Below are positions 30,108 through 39,329 of a stretch of 64,000 bases of DNA, piece after piece. The stretch is from Dehalococcoidia bacterium (GTDB lineage Bacteria; Chloroflexota; Dehalococcoidia; Lucifugimonadales; JAGWBF01). The notes beneath the pieces are model-generated. The model searched no databases, was not told where the DNA came from, and saw nothing but the letters and a program-made list of their open reading frames with translations. A program made the position numbers and the translations under genes. Position 1 is the stretch's first letter. Each line of letters begins with the position of its first letter. Where the stretch lies: NCBI GenBank assembly GCA_965207935.1, contig CBDBNM010000002.1:185055-249054 (forward strand), given 5' to 3'.

Positions 30108-31376
30108 CTAAACGATTCCCGCTTCCCTAAGGCGGTCCAGCCCCTCATCATCCAGTCCCAGCCACTCTCTGTACACCTCATCGTTGTGCTCGCCCAAAGC
30201 GGGCCCACCGTGGGCAACCGCTCCCGGCGTGGCGCTGAACTTGGGCACCACTCCCACCATCTTCGTTTTCCCCAAGTCAGGGTCATCGACGTCGATTATG
30301 TCGTCCCGCACTTGGTAGTGGGGGTCCGCCACGATCTGGGCGATGTCGTAAACGGGGCCCACGACGCCTCCGGCGGGCACCAGCAAGTCCATCACCTGCT
30401 CCAAGGTCTTGTCGGACATCCATCCCTGGAGGATGACATTTAACTCATCCCGGTTGGCCACCCTGGAGGGGTTGTTCAGGAAACGGGCGTCATCGATTAG
30501 CTCGGGCCTGCCTATGGCCCTAGCCAAGTCTTCCCAGGTGGCCTGGGTTGTGGCAGAGAGGCCAATCCACCTTTCATCCATGGTCTTCAGCATGGTGCGA
30601 GGCGCCGCATCGGGAAACTCGTTGCCCACCCGGTGACGGACTATGTTCAGCAGGTCGTATAGGGTGACGTACGGGATCGCCATGCGGAACAGGGGCTCGA
30701 ACAAGCTGACATCCACCACCTGCCCTTGACCCGCGCCGCCAGCATCCCGGTGGTGCAAGGCCATCACCGATGCCATGGCCCCGAACAGGCCCGCAACCTC
30801 GTCGCCCATAGGCACGGGGGGAAGCATGGGCGGGGTGTCAGGGAAGCCGGTCATGGCTACCATGCCGCTCATGCACTCGGCGACGGTGCCAAAGCCCGGG
30901 CGGTCCTTATAGGGCCCCGTCTGACCGTACCCCGAAAACCGCACGATCACCAGCTTAGGATTGACTTTGGCAAGCTCGTCGGGGCCTAATCCCCAGCGCT
31001 CCAGGGTACCGGGACGGAACCCCTCAACCAGGATATCAGCCCCCTTGGCTAGGTTCTTGAGTATCTCCTGGCCTTCAGACCGGCGCAGATCGAGGGTAAT
31101 GGACTTCTTGTTCCGGGAGTGCACCTTCCACCAGACTGACACCTCATCCAGCCCCGCGTTTTCGGCCGCTTCAGATGCGCCATCTTCGCCGGATCCACGG
31201 TGAGAGGGATAGAAGGGCCCCCACCTGCGCAGGGCGTCACCCACTCCGGGCTGTTCCACCTTGATCACCTCGGCGCCGAAGTCCGCCAGCATGCTGGTGG
31301 CTGTGCCTCCGGCGATTATGGTGGACAAATCCAGCACCTTGACGCCAACCAAAGGCCCCTTCTGCTCATTAGCCAT
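30108..31376 (-). CDS. Class III CoA transferase (CaiB/BaiF family)
   Basis: LADFGAEVIKVE, RNKKSITLDL, SGYGQTGPY..RPGF, MGD. Confidence 0.92.
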   Translation of the reverse strand: MANEQKGPLVGVKVLDLSTIIAGGTATSMLADFGAEVIKVEQPGVGDALRRWGPFYPSHRGSGEDGASEAAENAGLDEVSVWWKVHSRNKKSITLDLRRSEGQEILKNLAKGADILVEGFRPGTLERWGLGPDELAKVNPKLVIVRFSGYGQTGPYKDRPGFGTVAECMSGMVAMTGFPDTPPMLPPVPMGDEVAGLFGAMASVMALHHRDAGGAGQGQVVDVSLFEPLFRMAIPYVTLYDLLNIVRHRVGNEFPDAAPRTMLKTMDERWIGLSATTQATWEDLARAIGRPELIDDARFLNNPSRVANRDELNVILQGWMSDKTLEQVMDLLVPAGGVVGPVYDIAQIVADPHYQVRDDIIDVDDPDLGKTKMVGVVPKFSATPGAVAHGGPALGEHNDEVYREWLGLDDEGLDRLREAGIV

Positions 31377-31446
31377 GAACGCATCTCCCGTAGGGCATCA
31401 TTGTGGCGGGATTATAGCAAAGGCGCCCGACTGCCTTGGGCCGATG

Positions 31447-31476
31447 TTGACACGAGGGTTCCCCGCCCATTAGCAT
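31447..31476 (+). promoter_or_regulatory. Sigma70-type promoter for the ABC transporter leader
   Basis: TTGACA (31447-52), 18 nt, TAGCAT (31471-76); GTG begins after a 6-nt gap. Confidence 0.55.
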
Positions 31477-31482
31477 TTGGGC

Positions 31483-31589
31483 GTGAAACCTGTTTTTCTC
31501 CCCTGCATTCGCCCCTCGGCCTTCTCCTCTGGCTTCACCTGAGGCTGATGCCCCACAGAGCCCGGTGAAGCTTCTGCGGTTTTTGATTT
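31483..31589 (+). promoter_or_regulatory. Putative leader peptide/attenuator with tandem TGA codons and alternative hairpins
   Basis: GTG 31483 MKPVFLPCIRPSAFSSGFT-TGA-GGC-TGA-TGC; stem 31532-39/31564-71 competes with hairpin 31553-31579 followed by TTTTT. Confidence 0.45.
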
Positions 31590-31678
31590 CCTAGCTCCTC
31601 CAGGGGCCATCCCCTGACTATTCCTTGCAGCTAAGCCCTCGGCCTACCTTGCCCAGCTACGCTCATGAAGGGAGATGT

Positions 31679-32593
31679 GTGCAATTCTTCAAGCTAAACG
31701 TTACGGCATCCAAGCTCCTGGCCCTCGCCGTCCTGATTTTGCTATTTGCCGCCATCACGGCAACGACAGCCTGCGACGGCGGAGATGGGCACACCCCCGT
31801 CTTGACCATTGGCGGCATACCTGACCAGGATGTCGCCCTCCTGACCCGGCGCTTCGAGACTGTCTCCAACTACCTTTCCGATAAGCTGGAAATTGAGGTG
31901 CGCTACATCCCCAGCCTCTCTTATGCGGCCCTGGTCACCGCCTTCGAGCAGGGTGACATCCAACTGGGCTGGTTCGGGTCACTCACTGGAGTACAAGCCC
32001 GGGAGGCAGCCCCAGGGTCCCAGGCTATTGTTCAGAGAGCGCGGGATGCTGGGTTTCATTCGATCTTTATTGCCGGAGCCGGTGTAGAGGCAGATGGTCT
32101 GCAGGACCTTGAGGGACTGACCTTTACCTTTGGAAGCGAAAGCTCCTCCTCGGGCCACCTGATGCCCCGATACTACATGGTAGAGGAAGGGGTCGATCCC
32201 GATGAGGACCTGGCCGGCGTACCCGGCTACTCGGGAAGCCACGACAAGACGTGGCAGCTCGTCGAGACCGGCTCATACCAGGCGGGCGCCCTGAGCGAAG
32301 CTGTCTGGGAATCGGCCGTCGAGGACGGTCGGGTGGACACCTCCAGGGTCAATGCCTTCTACACCACGCCTCCCTACCACAACTACAACTGGTCGGTGCG
32401 CGCCGATGCCGATGCCACCTTCGGGGACGGATTCACCCTGAGGCTGCAGCAGGTGCTTGTCGGTCTGGACCCGTCGGTCGAACTAGAGGCGGAAATCCTC
32501 GACTTGTTCAACGCTGAAGCCTTTGTCGAGACCACCAACGAGAACTACGGCGCCATCGAAAAGATCGCCCGGGATTTGGACATCATTCGTTGA
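31679..32593 (+). CDS. PhnD-family ABC substrate-binding lipoprotein, putative selenate-type
   Basis: Lipobox-like TAC; IPDQD, WFGSLTGVQAR, FTFGSESSSSGHLMP, SGSHDKT, TPPYHNYNW, FGDGF. Confidence 0.85.
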   Translation: MQFFKLNVTASKLLALAVLILLFAAITATTACDGGDGHTPVLTIGGIPDQDVALLTRRFETVSNYLSDKLEIEVRYIPSLSYAALVTAFEQGDIQLGWFGSLTGVQAREAAPGSQAIVQRARDAGFHSIFIAGAGVEADGLQDLEGLTFTFGSESSSSGHLMPRYYMVEEGVDPDEDLAGVPGYSGSHDKTWQLVETGSYQAGALSEAVWESAVEDGRVDTSRVNAFYTTPPYHNYNWSVRADADATFGDGFTLRLQQVLVGLDPSVELEAEILDLFNAEAFVETTNENYGAIEKIARDLDIIR

Positions 32594-33366
32594 GCACTTC
32601 GGCCAACGGGCTCCAGCCCGTGTATGTCCTGCAGGGGGTAACGAAGACCTACCCTGCCGCCAGGGCTCTTGATGCCATCGACCTGACCATATCGCCGGGG
32701 GAGCGGGTCGCACTTCTTGGGCCCAGCGGCAGCGGCAAGACCTCCCTGCTCCACGTTATGGGCGGCATCGTCCTCCCTGATTCGGGGACAGCGACCATCG
32801 ACGGACAGCCCCTCCTCGACCTGAGCTCCGGGAAGAAGCTGGCCGGCATGGTGGGCATGATCCACCAGCAGTACGACTTGGTACCCCACCTGCCGGTCAT
32901 CCACAACGTGCTCGCCGGTAGGCTGGGTCTGTGGAGCACCCTGCGCTCCCTTTTGTCCCTGGTTGTGCCCCAGGAACGGAGGCTGGCCGCCGATGCGCTT
33001 GCAACCTTAGGCATTGGCGACAAGTTGCACGAACGCACTTCCAGGCTATCTGGGGGTGAGCAGCAGCGAGTTGCCATAGCCCGCTTGCTGGTACAGGCCC
33101 CCAGGGTAATCCTGGCCGACGAACCGGTAGCCTCCCTGGACCCCGCCAGGGCCGAGGCGCTGATGGACCTCCTGAATGATGTGGCCGACCGCTCCAGCAA
33201 CACCGTCGTGGCCAGCCTCCATTCGATACATCTGACCCGGAAGTACTTCTCCAGGGCCATCGGATTGCGCAAGGGCCGGCTGCATTTCGACATCCCGGTG
33301 GGCCTGCTTGACGATGACCTGCTGGAGGAGCTCTACGACATCGAAGGGCTGGATGGCGAGACCTAG
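32590..33366 (+). CDS. ABC transporter ATP-binding protein, PhnC-like
   Basis: GPSGSGKT, NVLAGRLG, LSGGEQQRVAIAR, LADEPVASLDP, SLH. Confidence 0.93.
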   Translation: MSTSANGLQPVYVLQGVTKTYPAARALDAIDLTISPGERVALLGPSGSGKTSLLHVMGGIVLPDSGTATIDGQPLLDLSSGKKLAGMVGMIHQQYDLVPHLPVIHNVLAGRLGLWSTLRSLLSLVVPQERRLAADALATLGIGDKLHERTSRLSGGEQQRVAIARLLVQAPRVILADEPVASLDPARAEALMDLLNDVADRSSNTVVASLHSIHLTRKYFSRAIGLRKGRLHFDIPVGLLDDDLLEELYDIEGLDGET

Positions 33367-34150
33367 CGCCAGCTTCCTGCAGGGCCGGAGGCTACTCAGC
33401 CTCGCCCTGCTGGCCGCCCTGGGGTGGAGCGTATTGCAGGTCCAGTGGGGCCAGCCCATCATCCACGGAGGAGGCTTAGGAGCGGCCGCGGATCTGCTCA
33501 GGGCCTTGTTCAACCCTGAGCTGTCCCCCTCTTTTCTCAGCACGGTCCTGAAGGCAAGCTGGCACACCATCGCATACGCCTTCGGAGGCATCACCCTGGC
33601 AGTGGCCTCGGGCTTCACTCTGGGAGTAGTCGCCTCGGGCGTGCTCGCCAAGTCTGCCCCCGGCCGCTGGTCCATGATGGTCGGCACCCGCGGGCTTCTG
33701 GCCCTGATGCGGGCCATCCACGAACTGGTCTGGGCATGGCTGTTCGTTGTGGCCATAGGGCTGTCGCCCATGGCTGCCATACTGGCGCTGGCCATCCCCT
33801 ACTCTGGGATACTGGGGCGCATATACGCGGAGATACTCCAGGATGTGCCCGAGGAACCCCTGAGGGCTCTGAGAAGCTCTGGAGCATCGGAGTGGCAGGT
33901 GCTGCTCTACGGACGGCTGCCCGCAGCGTTGCCCGACATGCTCAGCTACACCTTCTATCGATTGGAGTGCGCAATCAGGGCCGCGGCGGTCATGAGCTTT
34001 GTCGGCGTGGCCGGCCTGGGGTTTCAGATACAGATATCCCTGGATGATCTGCGGTTTTCGGAGGTCTGGACCCTGCTGTTCGCCCTGGTCGGGATCATTC
34101 TCCTTATAGACCTGTGGAGCACCTGGGTACGCAGGAGCTTGGTGCGATGA
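33353..34150 (+). CDS. ABC transporter permease, PhnE-like
   Basis: RAIHELVWA, GILGRIYAE, YRLECAIR, GLG. Confidence 0.9.
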   Translation: MARPSASFLQGRRLLSLALLAALGWSVLQVQWGQPIIHGGGLGAAADLLRALFNPELSPSFLSTVLKASWHTIAYAFGGITLAVASGFTLGVVASGVLAKSAPGRWSMMVGTRGLLALMRAIHELVWAWLFVVAIGLSPMAAILALAIPYSGILGRIYAEILQDVPEEPLRALRSSGASEWQVLLYGRLPAALPDMLSYTFYRLECAIRAAAVMSFVGVAGLGFQIQISLDDLRFSEVWTLLFALVGIILLIDLWSTWVRRSLVR

Positions 34151-35016
34151 GCGCCATCGCACGACAGCTCATCAGGCCGTTCACAGGGACGGTGAGGCTG
34201 TCCCTCATCATCTTCTTTGTCCTGGCTTCCGCATCGTGGGCATTCATCCTGTCCGACTCCAACAGCGGGTTCCCGGACCTGTTCAGGGCGCAGACCTGGA
34301 GCGGCGCCGCAAGCTTCGTCGGCAAACTGGCCGGGGTGGGAGAAGCGGGCACTCCGGCCTTCCTGCAGGCCGGCCGGTGGGCGGAGACGGGCATACTGGC
34401 ATCCCAGACCCTGGCCATGAGCATCCTTGCCATAGTGTTTGCCGGGACCGGGGCGCTGCTGACTTTTCTGCCGGCCGCGCGGAATGTGGCCATGGGCGAG
34501 CTATCACCCCAGAGGCGCGCTATGCCCGGGTGGGTCCTGCTCCACTACATCGTCCGCGGCACCTTCATGCTGACCAGGGGGATACCGGAGCTGGTATGGG
34601 CGATGCTGATAATCATCTTCCTCTCCCCTGGGATCCTGCCCGGCGCTGTGGCCCTGGGGCTCCACAACTACGGCATACTCGGAAAGCTTTCGGCAGAGGT
34701 GGTGGAGGACATGGACCCCAGGCCTGCCCGCTCTCTAAGGGCATCTGGGGCCGGGGCATTCCAGATGATGGCCTACGGGATAATCCCCCAAGTGCTCCCC
34801 CAGTTCATCACCTACCTGCTGTACCGGTGGGAGGTCGTGATACGGACGACAATAGTGGTGGGATTCGTCAGCGCCGGAGGCCTGGGCATGGACTTCCGGC
34901 TGAGCATGAGCTTCTTCCACTACAGCGACGTTGCCCTGCTGTTGGCGTGGTACCTGCTGCTGGTCGTCGGCATCGACATGCTGTGCGCGGGTCTGCGCAA
35001 GCTCATCAGGGAATAG
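34147..35016 (+). CDS. ABC transporter permease, PhnE-like (second)
   Basis: RGIPELVWA, ALGLHNYGILGKL, YRWEVVIR, AGGLG. Confidence 0.9.
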   Translation: MSAIARQLIRPFTGTVRLSLIIFFVLASASWAFILSDSNSGFPDLFRAQTWSGAASFVGKLAGVGEAGTPAFLQAGRWAETGILASQTLAMSILAIVFAGTGALLTFLPAARNVAMGELSPQRRAMPGWVLLHYIVRGTFMLTRGIPELVWAMLIIIFLSPGILPGAVALGLHNYGILGKLSAEVVEDMDPRPARSLRASGAGAFQMMAYGIIPQVLPQFITYLLYRWEVVIRTTIVVGFVSAGGLGMDFRLSMSFFHYSDVALLLAWYLLLVVGIDMLCAGLRKLIRE

Positions 35017-35076
35017 GCCTCGCGCCGGGAGGCCGCTGCCTCATCACCCGAACCTCGACCCAGCCTCAGCGCGGGT

Positions 35077-36252
35077 CTAATAGTCTTCGTAGGACTGGAG
35101 CTTGATCTCGTGCAGGGCCGGAATGACCTCTTTGCCCATCAGCTCGATTGACCGCATGGAAGCTTCGTGGGGCATCGGGCCTTCGTTGCCGTAGATGTGC
35201 AGGTAACCTGGGTTCAGGCCTTCTATGATCTCCGACAGCTTCCGGGTCACCGTTTCGGGGCTGCCAACGATCACGTTGTTGACCTCTCGCAGCTCATCGT
35301 AGGTCATCTTCTTGCCATAGGTGCCCGTGCCGACGGTGGGGCGGGACATCTTGACGTTCAGCGCTTCCCTGGACTGGTATCCCGGCGGGTCGGTGTGCTC
35401 CCTGGGTCCCCGCTGGCGGTGGTTCTCCGTCCACATGAAGTGGCGTCCCAGCTCTATGGCTTCCTCATCAGTGTCGGCAACAAGGGCGCGAAGGAGATAA
35501 CCAAAGTGTTCGGGGCCCGGAGTGTAGCCTGTTTCGCGGGCTGTGTCGATGTATATTTGCTTCAGCCACTTGGTGACGTCCACGAGGGCACCCAGGTTCA
35601 TGTACGGGTGGCCGTGCTTAGCCGCCCACACCACGCTTTCGGGGCTCCCCGTCCCCGGGAACCAGATATCGGGATGGGGCTTCTGTATGGGCAGCACCCA
35701 GGGGTTAATCGCCCTGTAGTGGTAGTGCCTGCCCTCGTACCTGAAGGGTCCTGGAGTGGTCCAGCACTTGATGATCAGGTCGTGGGCTTCCTGGAAGCGG
35801 TCGAAGTTCTCCGACGGGTCAATGCCCCCATGGAGGCTCTCCACCGCAGTGCCGCGGACAAAGCCCGATATGATGCGCCCGCCGGAGAAGCAGTCCAGCA
35901 TAGCTATCTCTTCGGCCATGCGGACCGGGTCGTTGATGGCGATGACGTTGCCCAGGATAGCGATCTTCACCCGCTTGGTCAGCTTGGAGATCACGGCGGC
36001 GTCCAGGTTCACCGAGGGCTTCATGCACCAGTAGGAGGCGTGGTGTTCGTTGCTCATGATGCCGTCGAAGCCCACCTCGTCGGCCCATGCGTACTGTTCG
36101 TGGTATTGGTTGTACAGCACATGGGCCTTCTGGGGATCAAAGTGGGTGTTGGGGAAACCCAGGCGCCCGGAATCGTACTGGCTCAGATCATCGTCACCCA
36201 CATGGCCGTAGGGCTGCTCGGAAAACCAGAACACCTCTACCCGGTCCTTCAT
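35077..36252 (-). CDS. LLM-class flavin-dependent oxidoreductase
   Basis: GFDGIMSNEHH, PVRMAEEIAMLD..SGGR, PIQKPHP, VGSPETV. Confidence 0.92.
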   Translation of the reverse strand: MKDRVEVFWFSEQPYGHVGDDDLSQYDSGRLGFPNTHFDPQKAHVLYNQYHEQYAWADEVGFDGIMSNEHHASYWCMKPSVNLDAAVISKLTKRVKIAILGNVIAINDPVRMAEEIAMLDCFSGGRIISGFVRGTAVESLHGGIDPSENFDRFQEAHDLIIKCWTTPGPFRYEGRHYHYRAINPWVLPIQKPHPDIWFPGTGSPESVVWAAKHGHPYMNLGALVDVTKWLKQIYIDTARETGYTPGPEHFGYLLRALVADTDEEAIELGRHFMWTENHRQRGPREHTDPPGYQSREALNVKMSRPTVGTGTYGKKMTYDELREVNNVIVGSPETVTRKLSEIIEGLNPGYLHIYGNEGPMPHEASMRSIELMGKEVIPALHEIKLQSYEDY

Positions 36253-36284
36253 CTGCAACCTCCTGGGAAATCCCTCGCGTTAAG

Positions 36285-37073
36285 TCAGGGAAGATTTTGA
36301 CAGAAGCTCGAAACGATCTGCAGGAACTCTCCCGGTTTTTCGTTCTGGGGCGAATGGCCGCACTCTTCGATGATGTGCAGTTCGGATCCCGACAGCACCT
36401 CCCGGTACCGCTCCCCACAGCTAAGGGGGACTATGCCGTCCTGGCGCCCCCAGATGATGGCGCTGGGAACGGAGATGAGCTTGAGGTACTCGGGCAGGCT
36501 CGGATTATGCATGTAGGGCTTCCAGCAAAGGCGGGAAGTCATCTCCCGGTTGCTCCAAAGCACCTGCTGCTCTTCCGGGGGAATGGCGCTCAGGTCGGGG
36601 GCCTTCGACACATCGTAGTAGCTCAGGTGCTGGGTGCTGGAGGGAGAGACCATCAGCAGCTCCGCTATTTCGCCAACAGGCGCCTTGATTCCCACGGCGT
36701 CCACGAGTATCAGACCCCTGACCAACTGCGGGCACATAGCGGCCATCTCGGCGGCGATCCAGCCGCCCATGGAGAAGCCCATGATGATGGCCTTCTCGCC
36801 GGGCACCTCCTGGCGCAGGTAGGCGAGGTGCAGCCGGGCAACTTCTGCGATGGATGTCACCCAGTCAGGCCGGTCGGAACCGTTGTATCCGGGGTGGGAA
36901 GGGGCATGGACGCTATGGCTGGCCGCCAGCTCCTGGTGGAAGGGCATCCAGCCCGGATTGCCCCGGGCGCCGTGCAAGGAGAGCAGGGCAGGGCCTCGGC
37001 CTCCCCGGAATACCTCTATGTTGCAATCGCCTACCGGAACGAGCTTAGATGCCCGGGCTGCCTGCGTAGTCAT
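36285..37073 (-). CDS. Alpha/beta fold hydrolase
   Basis: LHG, GFSMGG nucleophile elbow, WGRQD, CGH. Confidence 0.9.
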   Translation of the reverse strand: MTTQAARASKLVPVGDCNIEVFRGGRGPALLSLHGARGNPGWMPFHQELAASHSVHAPSHPGYNGSDRPDWVTSIAEVARLHLAYLRQEVPGEKAIIMGFSMGGWIAAEMAAMCPQLVRGLILVDAVGIKAPVGEIAELLMVSPSSTQHLSYYDVSKAPDLSAIPPEEQQVLWSNREMTSRLCWKPYMHNPSLPEYLKLISVPSAIIWGRQDGIVPLSCGERYREVLSGSELHIIEECGHSPQNEKPGEFLQIVSSFCQNLP

Positions 37074-37228
37074 TCTGCTGACCTCCCCTTGGGGACTGGC
37101 TGCCGCCCTCTATGCTGTGAGCATACATAACGCACTGGGAGACGGCATCAGTATAGCAGAAAAGACCATCTTTCAAACCTTGTACCAAGGGTGGGCAAGC
37201 ACATAGGATGGGGGCGGCCACATGACGC

Positions 37229-38602
37229 ATGTCTCCAACAACAGGGCCAGAGGAAACACCAGAAAATGACTTGGCTGCCCCATCAATGATCCCCCACCGA
37301 CGCCTATCCGGCATTTTTTATGGCTGGTGGCTGGCCCTTGTGGCGGCCGTCATTATGGCAATCGGGATCGTGCCTGTGTTTCAAGGGATGTCCGTATGGT
37401 TTGTCGCCCTGGAAACCCACTTTGGTTGGAAACGGACCCAGGTGGCATTGGCCTTCTCTTTCACCAGGGCGGAAGGCTCCCTCTCAGGGCCGATCGGAGG
37501 CTTTCTCGTGGACAAGCTGGGGCCGAGGCGCATGGTGCTGCTGGGAGGCCTCCTCCTGGGGTCCGGCTTTATCCTCTTCAGCTACATTCAGAGCCTATGG
37601 CAGTTCTACTTGGTCTTCATCTTGATCAGCTTCGGTTTGGGACTGGGCTCCTGGCTACCAATGATCTCTGCCATCAACAACTGGTTCGCGAGGCACCGTT
37701 CCAAGGCCATGGCCATCGCAACTGAGGGGCAGCTCCTTGGTGGCATCATCCTTATTCCCATTCTCAGCTGGTTGGTGGATCCCGATGCCGACAGGCTCGG
37801 CTGGCGGTGGACCGCTGCCGGTCTGGGCCTCTTCATCGTGCTGGTAGCCTTTCCCTTGTCTCGGCTGATCAGGAATCATCCCGAGGAGTACGGGCAGACC
37901 CCCGACGGAGAGCCCCCACAAGAACGTTCCAGGCCCGGAGCAGCGGCCGCGCGTCCTTCCGGCTACGCCCCCGAATACACTCTGCAGCAGGCCCTACGCA
38001 GCCGGATATTCTGGCTCCTGGCTTTTGGCCATGGCTGCACCGCAATCGTCATCATCACCATCTCTGTCCACCTTGGGCCTATGCTCAACATAGACCGGGG
38101 CATTCCCCTGCAGACCGTAGGCTGGGTGGTGTCCACCTACTTGAGTGTTGCTGCATTGTTCAACCTGATTGGGGGATACGTTGGCGACCGCCTGCCCATC
38201 AGGTATGGCCTGTTCGCATTTTCCATCATCCAAAGCTTCGCCATGGTCGTTCTAATCTTCGCCAACGACACACCTACCGCATTGCTGTTCGGGGTGCTGA
38301 TGGGAATCGGGTTTGGTGGCAGGGTTCCCCTGACTAACGCGGTCCGAGGAGTTTATTTCGGCAGAGGCGCCTTCGGGCAGATCACAGGCTTCTCCCAGCT
38401 TCCCATGAATGCCCTGGCTTTTACGATTCCCCTGTTTGCGGCGATCATGGTCGATGTACAGGGAAGCTACACCATACCTCTGGTTCTGATTGTGTGCCTC
38501 AGCGTTTTTGGAGCGATGTGTTTCCTGGCAGCCGGGGAACCGCGCCCGCCGGCGCCGTCTCGGACGTACGCCCGGACCAGACCCGAAGGTGGGTCTGCCT
38601 AA
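37229..38602 (+). CDS. MFS transporter
   Basis: About 12 TMs, FYGWW, GFLVDKLGPR motif A. Confidence 0.92.
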   Translation: MSPTTGPEETPENDLAAPSMIPHRRLSGIFYGWWLALVAAVIMAIGIVPVFQGMSVWFVALETHFGWKRTQVALAFSFTRAEGSLSGPIGGFLVDKLGPRRMVLLGGLLLGSGFILFSYIQSLWQFYLVFILISFGLGLGSWLPMISAINNWFARHRSKAMAIATEGQLLGGIILIPILSWLVDPDADRLGWRWTAAGLGLFIVLVAFPLSRLIRNHPEEYGQTPDGEPPQERSRPGAAAARPSGYAPEYTLQQALRSRIFWLLAFGHGCTAIVIITISVHLGPMLNIDRGIPLQTVGWVVSTYLSVAALFNLIGGYVGDRLPIRYGLFAFSIIQSFAMVVLIFANDTPTALLFGVLMGIGFGGRVPLTNAVRGVYFGRGAFGQITGFSQLPMNALAFTIPLFAAIMVDVQGSYTIPLVLIVCLSVFGAMCFLAAGEPRPPAPSRTYARTRPEGGSA

Positions 38603-39294
38603 GGCTGGTCGATTATCCTGCGGGCCGCGGAGAAGATGCCCTCGAACATCTCCCTCGTGAGACGGCCCGTCTGGGTATTCTGCTGGCTGGGATGGTAAGA
38701 GCTTAGCAGCACAGTCCCATCTGGGAGTTCCGACAGGGCACCGTGCCCGAACTGGGGCCTCAGCCTCGATACACCTTCAATCCCCTCGTGCAGCTCCCGG
38801 TAGGCCGACAAGTAGCTGTCGAAGGCGATCTTGCCCAAGGGGACTACGACCTTGACGCGCTCCAGCAGCTTAAGCTCCTCCAGCAGGTAGGGACGGCAGT
38901 TCAGGAGCTCTTCGCGCAGGGGCTTGTTCTGAGGAGGCGCGCACCGCTGGGAAGAGGTGATGTACGCGTTGGTCAGGTATAAGCCGTCATCCCGGTTGTC
39001 GGAATTCGGCTGGCTGGCAAATCCGAACTTGTGCAGGGTGCCGTAAACCCAGTCGCCGCTGCGGTCTCCCGTGAACATGCGCCCCGTGCGGTTGCCCCCG
39101 TGGGCTGCGGGCGCTAACCCGACCAGCAGAAGCTGGGCGTCGGGGTCTCCGAAACCCGTGAGGGGGCCAGACCAGTACTCCTGAGTGCGGTACATGCGCC
39201 GCTTTACGCGGGATACGTCGGCCAAGTAGCTTACCAGGCGGGGGCAGAGGGTGCATGCGCTGATACGCGCATTAAGGTCGTCCAGGGGCTGCAT
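38599..39294 (-). CDS. Uracil-DNA glycosylase family 5 (UdgB-like, Fe-S)
   Basis: CTLCPRL, GLAPAAHGGNRTGRMFTGD, HPSQQN. Confidence 0.92.
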   Translation of the reverse strand: MQPLDDLNARISACTLCPRLVSYLADVSRVKRRMYRTQEYWSGPLTGFGDPDAQLLLVGLAPAAHGGNRTGRMFTGDRSGDWVYGTLHKFGFASQPNSDNRDDGLYLTNAYITSSQRCAPPQNKPLREELLNCRPYLLEELKLLERVKVVVPLGKIAFDSYLSAYRELHEGIEGVSRLRPQFGHGALSELPDGTVLLSSYHPSQQNTQTGRLTREMFEGIFSAARRIIDQP

Positions 39295-39329
39295 GATCGC
39301 GGCGAGCCGACGTTTCCGACCTGACCGCC

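Noticed and set aside
35167-36300. Long antisense and alternate-frame ORFs (also 12844-13782, 40320-41285, 49800-50714, 62293-63309)
   Set aside because: They overlap well-supported genes and are expected from codon bias at high GC.
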